NCBI GenBank assembly: GCA_951406725.2
Contig: OX597814.1
Coordinates: forward strand, 82,770,001 to 82,834,000
Length of the DNA stretch: 64,000 nt
Direction of reading: 5' to 3'
Origin: Octopus vulgaris
Lineage: Eukaryota
Positions 52,461 to 64,000 of the stretch are shown here, in pieces. The translations under genes were made by a program, and so were the position numbers. The notes beneath the pieces were generated by a model. That model did not search any database. It worked only from the letters and a program-made list of their open reading frames with translations, and was not told where the DNA came from. How positions within the stretch are numbered: position 1 is the stretch's first letter; each line of letters opens with the position of its first letter.

Positions 52461-52690
52461 TTAACCCTTTCATTACTCTATTTATTTTGAGATGCTTTGT
52501 GCTTTTTTCAATTATTTTAAATATAACAAATAATTTAGTAAAATAACTTAGTTATCATTAAGTTAATGTTAGGAACATAAATTGTGACTAAGGTTTGGTG
52601 GAAGATTTTAATTGAGAACTTTTGAAAACAAGACATTTGTACTACAGGGCCAGACCCGGTTTCAGCCAGGTTGGTAACAAAAGGGTTAAC
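52461..52690. mobile_element. piggyBac-like MITE
   Basis: TTAA-ccctttcattac ... gtaacaaaaggg-TTAA. Confidence 0.85.
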
Positions 52691-52721
52691 ATCTATCCCA
52701 ACTGCCAAAAAATGTGAGGTG

Positions 52722-53470
52722 AGGCATGGCTGTGTGATAAGAATTTTGATTCCCACTCATAGTTCTGGGTTCAAGCCTACTATATGGCACCTTGTGCAAG
52801 TGTCTTCTACCATAGCACTGGGCTGACTCAAGCTTTGTGAGCAGATTTGGTCGACGGAACCTGAAAGAAGCCTATTGTGTGTGTGTGATATAATTTTCTG
52901 TGTAAGTTTGATCTGTTAATATATAAATATCTATATATTTATACTTAAATATTCATCATCTGAAAATATCAGTCTTTGCTTTCTTTCTGTTTGCATGTAT
53001 TCATATATATATATTGTATATCAAACCCAAGCTGTTATATTTTAATTTGTTCATCCACATAATTGCCTCCATATCTGCTCACCTGGATTCCTCTTATAGC
53101 CTCTCTATACCCTAGAGTTGGTCTCATAAATACATCGGAGTCTAAGTTTGAATCATTTGAACACTACAAAGTGTTTTCTATACCGAGAATCTCTGGATCT
53201 CATCTGTTGACTATATAATATGTATACATGTATATATCTGAGTGTGTGTGAGTGTGTGTGTGTGTGTGTGTCTGCCCCCTCCCAGTTGCTTGACTACTAG
53301 TGTTGGTTTGTTTATGTCCCTGTAACTTAGTGGTTCAGCGTAAAAGACCAACAGAATAAGTACCTGTTTTTTTTTTAAAAAAAGCAAGTACCAGGGTGAA
53401 TTTGTCTGACTAAACCCTTTAAGGCAGTGCCCCAGTATGACCACTGTTCAATGACTGAAACAAGTAACAG
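52722..53470 (+). mobile_element. SINE family A split by a ~320-bp insertion
   Basis: Head 52722-52890 and tail 53240-53470. Confidence 0.8.
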
Positions 53471-54409
53471 ACAAAAGATAGGGGGAAGGAAATTTGACTG
53501 CTATTCTTAGTACGTTCAATGACAATATAAATGTTCCCATGTAGTTGTCCATAGTAAGAAGATCAATATCTAAATTGACAGAGAATGAAATTGGACATGT
53601 TAGGCTTGTGAAAATCAACTTCAGAAAACAAATAAATAAAATGGAGATCTGATTGGCATCTCTATAATGCTGCATTTGAAAATATTGCCTGCGGTTAGGT
53701 ATTGAAAAAAGAAAGTTCTTGAAATTGGAAATACAATCTTTCAAAAATTTTGTTTTTGTAAATTTATGTTTAGATTTTCATTAACACTGATCAAATTTGA
53801 TCATATCTCAGTAGTTTCTGCTGATTAAGTCAGCAGTTGTTTAATTATATGCCTTTTGGTTTATTGGTGATGTAATATACTGTCAAAATTTTACTAACAG
53901 ATTTCTGATGGTGTAATTAAGGCTATCAATTTATTAAATTTTAAATATATTTGAAGAAGTGTGATTTTTGCAGAAGTAGTCTGTTTCTGTCTATGTTTAT
54001 TTGCAGTTTCTATCTGGTCTGTTTTACTGTAATATTCCTTACCCAATAAAAATTAAAAGGGTGTTTTATTTCCTACAATGAGCGTTGCTGGTGACTTCAT
54101 TATAATTTCAATAATACTCACTGTAGAAAGCAAATCCCTTGAATAAGTTTTTCAACTTGCCACCCACATACATTTGATCCTCATTATTGTCATCAAGTTT
54201 TAATGTTTGGTTTCCGATGATACCATGTCAACCCTTACCCTTTTTATAAAGTAAAGAATTTTTATTCCACAGATTTTTTTTATATCTCACTGAACCATGG
54301 GAAATATTGCTTATAGGAGACATATATGTCATCATTTTTAGCCAGTGTTATTGCGAAGACATATGGAAGCAACACACATACACATACCCCACCTACACAC
54401 ACACACATG

Positions 54410-54855
54410 TATGTTTGGGTGATTAAGAAATGGTTTTAGGTTCAGTCCAACTGCATGTTACCTTGGGTAAGTGTCTTCTACTATAGCCTCAGTCTGACCA
54501 AAGTCTTGTGAGTGGATTTGGCAGACAGAAAGAAGCATAGATATGTATGTGTGTGTGTGTGTGTATGAAGTTGTGTGACCTAATGGTTAGGGTGTTGCAC
54601 TCGCAATTACAAGATCATGATTTCGATTTCTAGACTGGCGAGGAAATAAGTTCTTGAACAAAACACTTCATTTCATGTTGCACCAGTCGATTAAGCTGTA
54701 AACAGGTAACCCTGCAATAGACTGGCATTCCATTCAGGAAGTATGTTGGCCTGCCTAACCAACAGGGTTATATCATTCAAAAGCAACAACAATGCATGGA
54801 ATCACATTGTGACCAGCAGTGTATAACATCTGACAATCTCATTGATACAGTATTC

Positions 54856-54909
<54 letters not shown>

Positions 54910-55275
54910 GTCTGTCTGTCTGTCTGTCCGTCTGTCTCTCTATCTATCTATCTATTCCTCCCTCACTCTAACCCATACCATACCATACTATATCATCATG
55001 GAATATGATCACTAAATGATGATTATGATGATGAAGAGGAGGAGAATATTTATATATATATATATGTGTGTGTGCGTACGTGTGTGTGTGTGTTTGTGCT
55101 TCTTTGTGTTGATGTCATGTGATTTTTATAAATGAGTGTCACCATTATACAAGCCATGTCATTCATTTTCAGTCTTCCCTGAAAAGATGTTCAGTCAAGA
55201 CAAACTATTACCTTGCAGAAAACAAGTGAGAGTTGGTGATGGGAAGGGAGTTGACCCATGGAAAAGTGGATTACG
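54410..55275 (+). mobile_element. SINE A head with RTE-like tail, containing a nested tRNA-SINE (54575-54850)
   Basis: Head 54410-54570; second tRNA-like head gacctaatggttagggtg...tttcgatttc; tail 55085-55275 resembles 5020-5260. Confidence 0.7.
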
Positions 55276-55319
55276 TATAAACATATATATAATAAATACA
55301 TATAGATATGTATATATAA

Positions 55320-55353
<34 letters not shown>

Positions 55354-55354
55354 G

Positions 55355-55737
55355 TGGAGGCGCAATGGCCCAGTGGTTAGGGCAGCGGACTCGCGGTCAG
55401 AGGATCGCGGTTTCGATTCCCAGACCGGGCGTTGTGAGTGTTTATTGAGCGAAAACACCTAAAGCTCCACGAGGCTCCGGCAGGGGATGGTGGTGATACC
55501 TGCTGTACTCTTTCACCACAACTTTCTCTCACTCTTACTTCCTGTTTCTGTTGTACCTGTATTTCAAAGGGTCGGCCTTGTCACTCTCTGTGTCACGCTG
55601 AATATCCTCGAGAACTACATTAAGGGTACACGTGTTTGTGGAGTGCTCAGCCACTTACACGTTAATTTCACGAGCAGGCTGTTCCGTTAATTCGGATCAA
55701 CCGGAACCCTCGTCGTCGTAACCAACGGAGTGCTTAA
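55355..55737 (+). mobile_element. Young tRNA-derived SINE, family C
   Basis: ggaggcgcaatggcccagtggttagggcagcggactcgcggtc...ggtttcgattcccag with intact A/B boxes and CpGs; inserted in (TA)n. Confidence 0.9.
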
Positions 55738-56149
55738 AATATATATATATATATATAAGCTAAAATTAAAGTTTTAATTTAAACTTAAAATTTATACTTT
55801 ATGTGTTGGATATGTCCCTAGTAGTATACTAACAAAGCCCATGCATTGATTATGGCTACCTGGTGTCATCCATAGTAATTGCACAATCGTTGCTGGATCT
55901 ATATTAGGAATTCCTCAGTGCCCATTGAGTATTGTAGAAACAATGGATATGGAAGTTAGAGTACACTGGTAACTTTATTTATCACAATGATTGTATTGAC
56001 ACATCCTGCATCACTCCTTTGCAGGTGAGAAACTATACAGTGAATTATGGTGCATTCCATGGTGCGGAAGCATCTCTCCAGGTGACTCAACACAGTTTCT
56101 CATTACATAAGTAATGTTTCACTCTTAATCTTAACTAGAGCATGTTCAT

Positions 56150-56560
56150 AGTTTTTTTTTTTCTGGAAGGGGAAACCGAAGGAGGAGTGCAGAGAAGCTG
56201 GTGTTGGCTTTGCAGTTCAATCTGAAATCCTTAAAAAGTTGGAGGAGCTTCCTGTTCCTATAAATGATCATCTAATGACTTTACAATAATACCTGAATGG
56301 TAGGTGGTTTGCTACTTTAATAAGTGCCTATGCACCTACTTTGGCCAGTTGTGATGAAGATAAAACTATTTTCTATGCCCAGCTGAGAGCCATACTTAGG
56401 AAAATCCCCAATTCTGATAAAGTAATTCTACTGGAGGATTTCAATGCCAGGGTTGGAACAGATTGGCAGACATGGAACTCTCTTGGACATTATGGTATAC
56501 GGAAGATGAATAGCAATGGTTTCATGCCTCTGGAGCTTTGCGAGGAATACTGACTTCACA
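56150..56560 (+). mobile_element. RTE (BovB-like) LINE APE endonuclease fragment
   Basis: FFWKGKPKEECREAGVGFAV...INDHLMTL...TLISAYAPT...FYAQL...VILLEDFNARVG...NSNG..LELCEEY. Confidence 0.9.
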
Positions 56561-56832
56561 TAGTATGGTATGGTTTTCTGTTCATTTGTGCATTTACTAT
56601 ACATCTTTTAGCTCATATATATGTGTGTGTGTCTTTGTGTCTGTGCTCTCCCTCACCAACAACCAGTGTTGGTTTGTTTGTACCCTTATAACTTAGTAGT
56701 TCAGCAAAAGCAACTTTAAAAAAATAAGTTGTGGGCTGATTTGTTTGACTAAAACCCTTCAAGATGGTGCTTCAGTATGGCCACACTTCATATATATAAA
56801 AAAAGTATATTTACATATGCATACACACACAT

Positions 56833-56901
<69 letters not shown>

Positions 56902-57120
56902 TATATGATTGTTAAAGAGGACAACAAATGTTAAAGCAAGACAAACATCTCATGATATATACTTTATTATTATTGGAAAAATTCAGTCTTGCAGCTGTTC
57001 ATGGATATCCGAGAGTATGGGGTATTGCGTCATCGGAGATAAATAGGGAAAATGAGAAAGTTATAAATTAATGAAATGATGACATAGAAGACAGGTGAAA
57101 AGGAATAAGGAGTGTATTTA

Positions 57121-57495
57121 TGCAGGAGTGGTTGTGTGGAAGTAGCTTGCTTACCAACCACATGGTCCTGCGTTCAGTTCCACTGCATGGCACCTTGGGC
57201 AAGTGTCTTCTACTATAGCCTCGGGCCAACGAAAGCCTTGTGAGTGGATTTGATAGATGGAAACTAAAAGAGCCCATCATATATATGTGTGTGTGTTTAT
57301 GCATCTGCGTTTGTCTCCCCGCTATTGCTTGACCACTGATGTTGGTATGTTTATGTCCCAGTAACTTAGCAGTTCGGCAAAAGAGACCGATAGAATAAGT
57401 GCTAGAATAAGTCCTGGGGTTGATTTGTTTGACTAAAGGTGGTGCTCCAGTATGGCCGCAGTCAAATGACTGAAACAAATGAAAGAATAAAAGAA
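57121..57495 (+). mobile_element. SINE family A
   Basis: Full-length copy. Confidence 0.92.
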
Positions 57496-58477
57496 TCTAA
57501 TATATATGTCTGTGTGGAGTGGGGGTGGATGTGTGTTGGTGTGTGGATATCTGTCTATGTATACCTTCGAAATGTGAAGTAGATGAAACAGGGATAACTG
57601 AAGAAGGGGAATATTCCTTGTGTTGTATGTCTTGTACTCTGTTTTTTTTTTTTGTTTGAAAAAAATTCGTTTCTATGTTTTTGTTTTTATGTTTTAGTTT
57701 CTCATTGTGTTTTTTTTTGATGTCAACGTTTTTTTTTGATGTCCTGTACCCATATATACATGTATATATACATATATATGTAGGTATGTACATATATGTA
57801 TGTGTATATGCATATATTTATATATTATTTATATTATTACACATATATATATATATAGATAGATATCTAAATGGTTAGCTTCTGTACAATTTCTTTTCAC
57901 CAAATTTCATTCACAAAACATTGGTCAGCCTGAGGCTACAGTAGAAAGCACATTTAGCCAAGGTATCACATAGTGGGATGGAACCCAAAACCTCATAGTC
58001 TTGATGTGAACTTCCTAACCACACAGTCAGGCTGATTCATGCTGAAACGTATTGATTCAGAGTTAGCAGAAGGAAGTAGTAGCGAAGCACTGGAGTTGAT
58101 TTAATATTCCTAAACTGCATCTTTGCTCTAAGTGGAATAATAATCGAAGACTAAAACTAATCTATTTTCTCTTCCTACCTACACTGTTACCAGGTAAGTG
58201 AAACAAAGTGACAGCACTATTTAAGACCGAGTACAAACTCATGGCTGTTAAGCATCTCTTAGAGGGCAATGAGATAACTAGGAACTGATAAAAGGAGAGT
58301 TATCTAACAAATGCTGTTTATATGTGAAAGGATGAAGACAAACACAGGTTATTGCTATTAATAATGTTTGTTAGTGAAGTCTGTGGGAGTTGGAAACAGC
58401 ATAGTATCAGACTAAATGTTTCTCAATGCATTCCCATCAATCTGTTTTGAGTTCAAATCACACCAGTATCAGTTTTC

Positions 58478-58481
58478 ATCT

Positions 58482-58519
<38 letters not shown>

Positions 58520-58720
58520 TGTCGTTGTCATTTCTAAAGTCCACTTTTCTGTGCTCAATGAAGTTTGAGGCTGATTTTCTACTACTGGATACCCTCCTTA
58601 TCATCAAGCTTTGTTTCCAAGCATGGTAATATTTCCCCATGGCCAGACATGTTTTTGCAGGATATTGGAAATGAATGACATGCAGTTGCAACAGTCAGGC
58701 AATGTCAAGGCAAGGAAACA
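58478..58720 (-). mobile_element. RTE-like SINE tail
   Basis: (CAT)n plus reverse complement of the 5020-5260 type tail. Confidence 0.7.
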
Positions 58721-59284
58721 CAAACTTACATACTAACTTTTACACATGAGGATGATGGTGTGTGTGTGTGTAGGTGAGGTAAAGGACGAGTTTGTGGGGA
58801 GAGAGGGAGAGATGTACAATGACAGATGGAGGTTAGAGTTATGTATCATTGTTTTTCAAACACAAGTGTCATAGAATCTACTTTTCACTCTAAGAGAGAG
58901 ACCTCTGTTATCAACAGTGGTAATAGAAGTAATGTATCTGTCTGTCTTTGTTTATGTTTACACCATTCTAAAGAAAAATGCTGTTTATGTTGTGTCTTTT
59001 ATGATGTGTAAAAAGTGGTTGATAAATAGAGATCAATAAAATATGTACCTGATTGAAGTACATAGGTGACGGTGGAGGTGGTGGGGTACTGATACAGTCA
59101 ACTAAACATTTGAATGTGGTGCCCCAGCATGGCTGCAGTGCAATGACTAAAAGAAGCTAAATTGCAAAAGACTAAGTATTCTATAATGAGAAAAATCCAT
59201 AAAATGAAATCTCATAGATTGATTGGGAAAAGGCTCAACTAGAGAATAGCTATATGATGAGATATTGAGATATTAAAAGCAACT

Positions 59285-60184
59285 ACAATAATCCCTCGAC
59301 TATCGCAGGTGTTATGTTCCAAAGCTTCCCACGATAGGTGAAAATTCACAAAGGAGAAACAATACTGTACATATCTATTATCATTTTTATAATTTGTATA
59401 TATTTATTTCATTATGAATGCAAAATAATGCCACACATTCGCTCACGAGTTTTGTTTTCAATACAGTATGTGCAATTCTTTGTTTACTCATCTATGGCAC
59501 ACTCTCTTTACTCTTTTACTCTTTTACTTGTTTCAGTCATTTAACTGCGGCCATGCTGGAGCACCGCCTTAAGTCGAGCAAATCGACCCCAGGACTTATT
59601 CTTTGTAAGCCCAGTACTTATTCTATCGGTCTTTTTTGCCGAACCGCTAAGTAACGGGGACACAAACACACCAGCATCGGTTGTCAAGCAATGCTAGGGC
59701 GACAAACACAGACGCACAAACACACATATATATATACATATATACGACGGGCTTCTTTCAGTTTCCGTCTACCAAATCCACTCACAAGGCTTTGGTCGGC
59801 TCGAGGCTATAGTAGAAGACACTTGCCCAAGGTGCCACGCAGTGGGACTGAACCCGGAACCATGTGGTTGGTAAACAAGCTACTTACCACACAGCCACCC
59901 CTGCGCCTATATATTTTCTTTTAATATATTTTCTTTTAATATATTTTAATTAATGTGTTATACAGTGCAGTACTGTATTCTATTTATTAATTTTTGGGTG
60001 TGAAAATGCTTATTTACCACAGAAATAGTTAGAATCTAAAAAAATATAAATGCCTATTGACTGCAGAAACCCACGATATACTGATATATTAGCCAGAAAA
60101 ATCCACGATGTACTGAGTGCATAAGTGAACCACTATGTACTGAGTGTACAATAGGTGAACCACGATATGGCAAGGGATTACTGT
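59285..60184. mobile_element. pogo/Tigger-like MITE interrupted by SINE A
   Basis: TA-caataatccctcg ... caagggattactg-TA termini. Confidence 0.78.
59503..59910 (-). mobile_element. Young SINE family A
   Basis: Full length, CpG-rich. Confidence 0.93.
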
Positions 60185-60189
60185 ATAAC

Positions 60190-60520
60190 TAGGATGGCTC
60201 AGTGGTTAGAGCATCAAGCTTACAATCATGAGGTTGTGAGTTAGAATCCCAGACTGGGCTGCATGTTGTGTTCTTGAGCAAGACACTTTCTTTCACGTTG
60301 CTCCAGTTCACTCAGCTGTAGAAATGAGTTGCAACGTCACAGGTGCCAATTTGTATCGGCCTTTGCCTTTCCCTTGAATAACACTGGTGGTGTGGAGAGG
60401 GGAGACTGGTATGCATGGGCGACTGCTGGTCTTCCATAAACAACTTACCCGGACTTGTGCCTAGGAGAGTAACTTTCTAGGTGCAATCCCATGGTCTGTG
60501 TCGTGACCGAAGGGGGTTTC
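60190..60520 (+). mobile_element. SINE family D, full length
   Basis: tggctcagtggttagagc...gtgttcttgagcaagacacttt...gtgaccgaaggggg. Confidence 0.9.
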
Positions 60521-60684
60521 AAGGAAGGTGTACATGCAGAAAATGTATTTAAAAATTTGAAACTGGTAAAGTAAATTAATGCATTTGTAATATTTCTGTG
60601 AAAATATACTGTCTTTGTTTCAATTGATTGTAAAAGTAATCAAGTATTTAGTAAAATAACATTGTCATTATTAAGCTGTTGGCA

Positions 60685-60975
60685 GCACTATCTTAAGGCA
60701 TAGGTACACTGGGCAATTGCCCAGGATCCCTGTAGATCTAGGGAGTCAATTCTGATCTACGTATACTGTGGATTGCTCAGTCTGGGAATTGAACTCAGTA
60801 CCTCATGATTGTGAGCCTGACACTGTAATCACTGAGCCATGTACCTTCACCAGGAATGCATATTAACATGAAATTTTGATAGTTGGCTTTAATTTAGTTC
60901 ACTTTAAACAAATAAATACTATAGGCTCCAGTGCATTGATTTGCTCAGGGGTCTATAATGTTAGTAAGATGGCCT
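60685..60975. mobile_element. MITE-like element containing a copy of nearby flanking DNA
   Basis: Ends ctatcttaaggcat.../...taagatggcc; interior 60778-60915 matches 61266-61405. Confidence 0.6.
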
Positions 60976-60999
60976 TATTGTAAAGAATGTATAAAGGGT

Positions 61000-61330
61000 A
61001 AAGACTCTCTTCAGTCATGAATGACCATAGTTATTGCACCTAGAAAGTTACCCTCCAAGGTACAAGTCTGGGTAAAGTTGTTTATGGAAGACCAGTCATT
61101 GCCCAAGGATACCAAACTTGCCACTCCATGCCACCGATGTTAACCAAGGGAAAAGCAAATGCTAATACAGCTTGGCACCAATGATGTCACAACTCATTTC
61201 TACAGCTGAGTGAACTGGAGCAACATGAAATAAAGTGTCTTGCTCAAGAACAAAACATGCAACTTAGTCCGGGAATTGAACTCACTACCTCATGATTGTG
61301 AGCCCAATGCTCTAACCATTGAGCCATGCA
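61000..61330 (-). mobile_element. SINE family D
   Basis: Reverse complement of 60190-60520. Confidence 0.9.
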
Positions 61331-63751
61331 GCTTTACCAGGAATGTATATTAACATGAAATTTTGATAGATGGTTTTAATTTAGATCACTTTAAAATAGT
61401 AAGTTTGTATCATAGAACCAAGGACAGTCTCAGACCAGTTCATATTAAATGAATTGAAGAATTTAAATTTTTATTGATGAGAAAAATTTTAGTTTCACAT
61501 ATGCAATATGAATATCATTCTGAAGAGTGACTCAGTAAAATCACTCAATATTTTGTATGATTTTGTATTTAAATTTTATGTTTTTGGTTATTATATGTTT
61601 TTTATTTTTTGTGTTGATTGATTTTAATATTGTGCCGTCATCAAGTATGCTTCAGTTTTCACATTGAGCTCTGAACTTTTGACTCAGTGTTGTGTGTATT
61701 TTAAATCAGGCACTTTTCCAAGAAGTGAGCTGTATGAAGCATGGTTCATCATCAGATGGGTCACACTATTAAAAAATTCAAGATAATTTTTAGACATGTT
61801 ATTCAGAAAGTCTTGCAGGTTGCAGTTTGCTCATGACTGTTTAAGAGAAATTAAAGTTTATCATTATTGGTCAGCTAACAGTTTTCCTTTCTATCTCCTA
61901 AGTAAGCTATTTATTTTATTTTCTATATTCATGTTCTATTTATACCTGTTGATATAACAATTGCACCACAACCACCACCAACAACAAATGAAGTGTGAGG
62001 TGACTGAGATGAAGCTATGGGAAAGTGAAACATGAAGGAAGAATATAAGGGAAAAGAAACAGTTCCAGCCTCACTTTACTCATTTGAATTCAGAAGTTGT
62101 TGGGGAGTGTTGCATGATAATACAGATATTGAATTTGTGACAAGTTCATCAGCATGCAGTATTAAGTTTTCATCCTACATGAACTGTCAGCCTTATCTGT
62201 TCCATCGTTTCTGGATTATAGAGCTACAGTAGATGGTATCTAACGACAACAGAAGCCATGTTGTTAGAGCTATCTTTGTTACAAATTATCTAGTTGATGT
62301 TGTTCCAATACTCTCAAATGCTAAAATGAAATCCTGCTTTGACATTTATTTGATGGGTAAAAGGAGGTGTTACCAATGACAGCCCAAATAATCACAATAT
62401 CAAGAGTCATGTTAACACCCAAATCATGTGCTTCTATTATTATATTATTTCTACTATTTCAAGCATTTCTCTTTAATTCAGCAAATGTTTCTTGCAAGAA
62501 TTTTTCCCTCCAGTATCTCATTTAATTGGTTAAGAATTAACGGAAACATTGTAGAGGTGAAAAAATTGTAATTTATTTGAAACTTCTATCAATTGAATGC
62601 AGTTATTTTTGTAAAGTTACTGCTGGGAAATAGATATTGTGAAGACATTCAAGTTTTAAGCAGAATGTATTTGCTAATTTTCAGATCAAAACACAACTTG
62701 GACAATGTCAAATGAATAAATCTCTAAGTACAAAAAAATAAAAAACCCAACAATATTGTTAGAAATTATAATACATAATCAGAAAATTGAAAAAATGTAA
62801 AATAGATATTTTTTTAAATATATAAATGATAAATATTTCTTTTTCAAAGACTAATCATGATTAGAAATGCCAATCTTTTAAGGCAAATCCTTACAAGAAA
62901 AATACCATGTAAATGTATCTCAATTAAATTTAAACAATATATTTTTGGCAGCCATTGGTGTATAAACTGCAAGAGAAATTTCTCAAATGAAACATGGTGT
63001 ATCTAATGTAACATCAAGGAATGTGAATGGCTCCAAAAAATAAAATGTTTTTCAGGGAAATATAAAATATTTTCTTATTCATAATAATTAATTGCTAACA
63101 TAATTTATTTCTAAAAGTTTCATATTTGTTATAAAGGTATAAAATTTATTGGAAATGTTACTAAACAAATAATTACTGAAACAAGAAATGAAATAGTTCA
63201 ATAAGCTAGAGGCAGTGGATTTGATAAAAATCATTCACTGTATTGGTAGCTTTAAGTATTGATATCATCAAAATTTGTAAAAATAAATAAAACAAGATAA
63301 TGGAAAACTCATAGTTTCATCAAAGAGAAGTTCTGGAAAAACAAAATACTATATTTGATATAATAGAAAATACTGCTGGAAGCCTCACAGCAAGAGGTTA
63401 GATGTGAAGATATTGCTGTATGGATATATTCTATAATATATTGTAATAATCTCAGAGCAAAAGGAAAATTATGCAAAATCTGATAGCAGAAAATTGTCAT
63501 GCGCCATTGTGATAGTATCACTATGAACAAGAAAATATAGATATTCTAATATAATAATAATTTCTTGTACAAGAAGTTTTAATCTTTAGAAAATGAGAAC
63601 ATCAGAATTTATGATGTTCATGCTTTTCTCAATACACTTCTTCACGAAAAGTAAACTAATTCAATTTGAAATCAAAATTAAGTCATGAACTGGGCCATTC
63701 ATAGTGATTCATCTTTGTCTGTCTGTGTGTTTGTTTCTGTTTCTGTCTGTG

Positions 63752-63788
<37 letters not shown>

Positions 63789-64000
63789 GTCACACACACA
63801 CACACCACACACACATGTTATGTAATGTCATTTACAAACAAAGTAGAGAACAGAACTTGAATGAGAATAATAATACAAATCTACATGATATTAATGCAAC
63901 TTGATTGATTAATATGTATTAATTCTGTCTGTTAGCTTACAAATATATAAAAAAAATTAGCCACAGATGAAATTAATCTTCTCTCTTCATTCAGTTTAGA

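Noticed and set aside
55355-55430. tRNA gene
   Set aside because: The tRNA-like head continues into a SINE body, with no proper acceptor stem or terminator.
58191-58199. Perfect splice donor CAG|GTAAGT
   Set aside because: No supportable exon frame or acceptor; a single 9-mer can occur by chance in 64 kb.

Overview
AT-rich, microsatellite-dense eukaryotic DNA. The SINE repertoire (tRNA-derived heads with CORE-like domains and internal TA/TG tracts) points to an octopod cephalopod genome; this is recognised from memory, not searched. No intact host protein-coding gene, rRNA, true tRNA or CRISPR array is supportable. The window is mostly decayed, nested transposons: Penelope-like elements (PLE; RT and GIY-YIG fragments), RTE-type and CR1-type LINE fragments, Tc1/mariner fragments, two non-autonomous Helitrons, piggyBac-, hAT- and pogo-like MITEs, foldback elements and several SINE families. 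The main signal is RNA structure. A young, non-coding 2.6-kb element (44596-47168) carries two identical type I hammerhead ribozyme motifs in ~430-bp inverted arms. A second hammerhead core (6745-6832) becomes the 3' pLTR of a GIY-YIG PLE once a 3.2-kb Helitron is removed. At least five further decayed hammerhead-like remnants occur, most beside (TA)n or (CA)n tracts. RTE 3' UTRs carry a variable-copy compact H-type pseudoknot motif. Coordinates of decayed elements are approximate.
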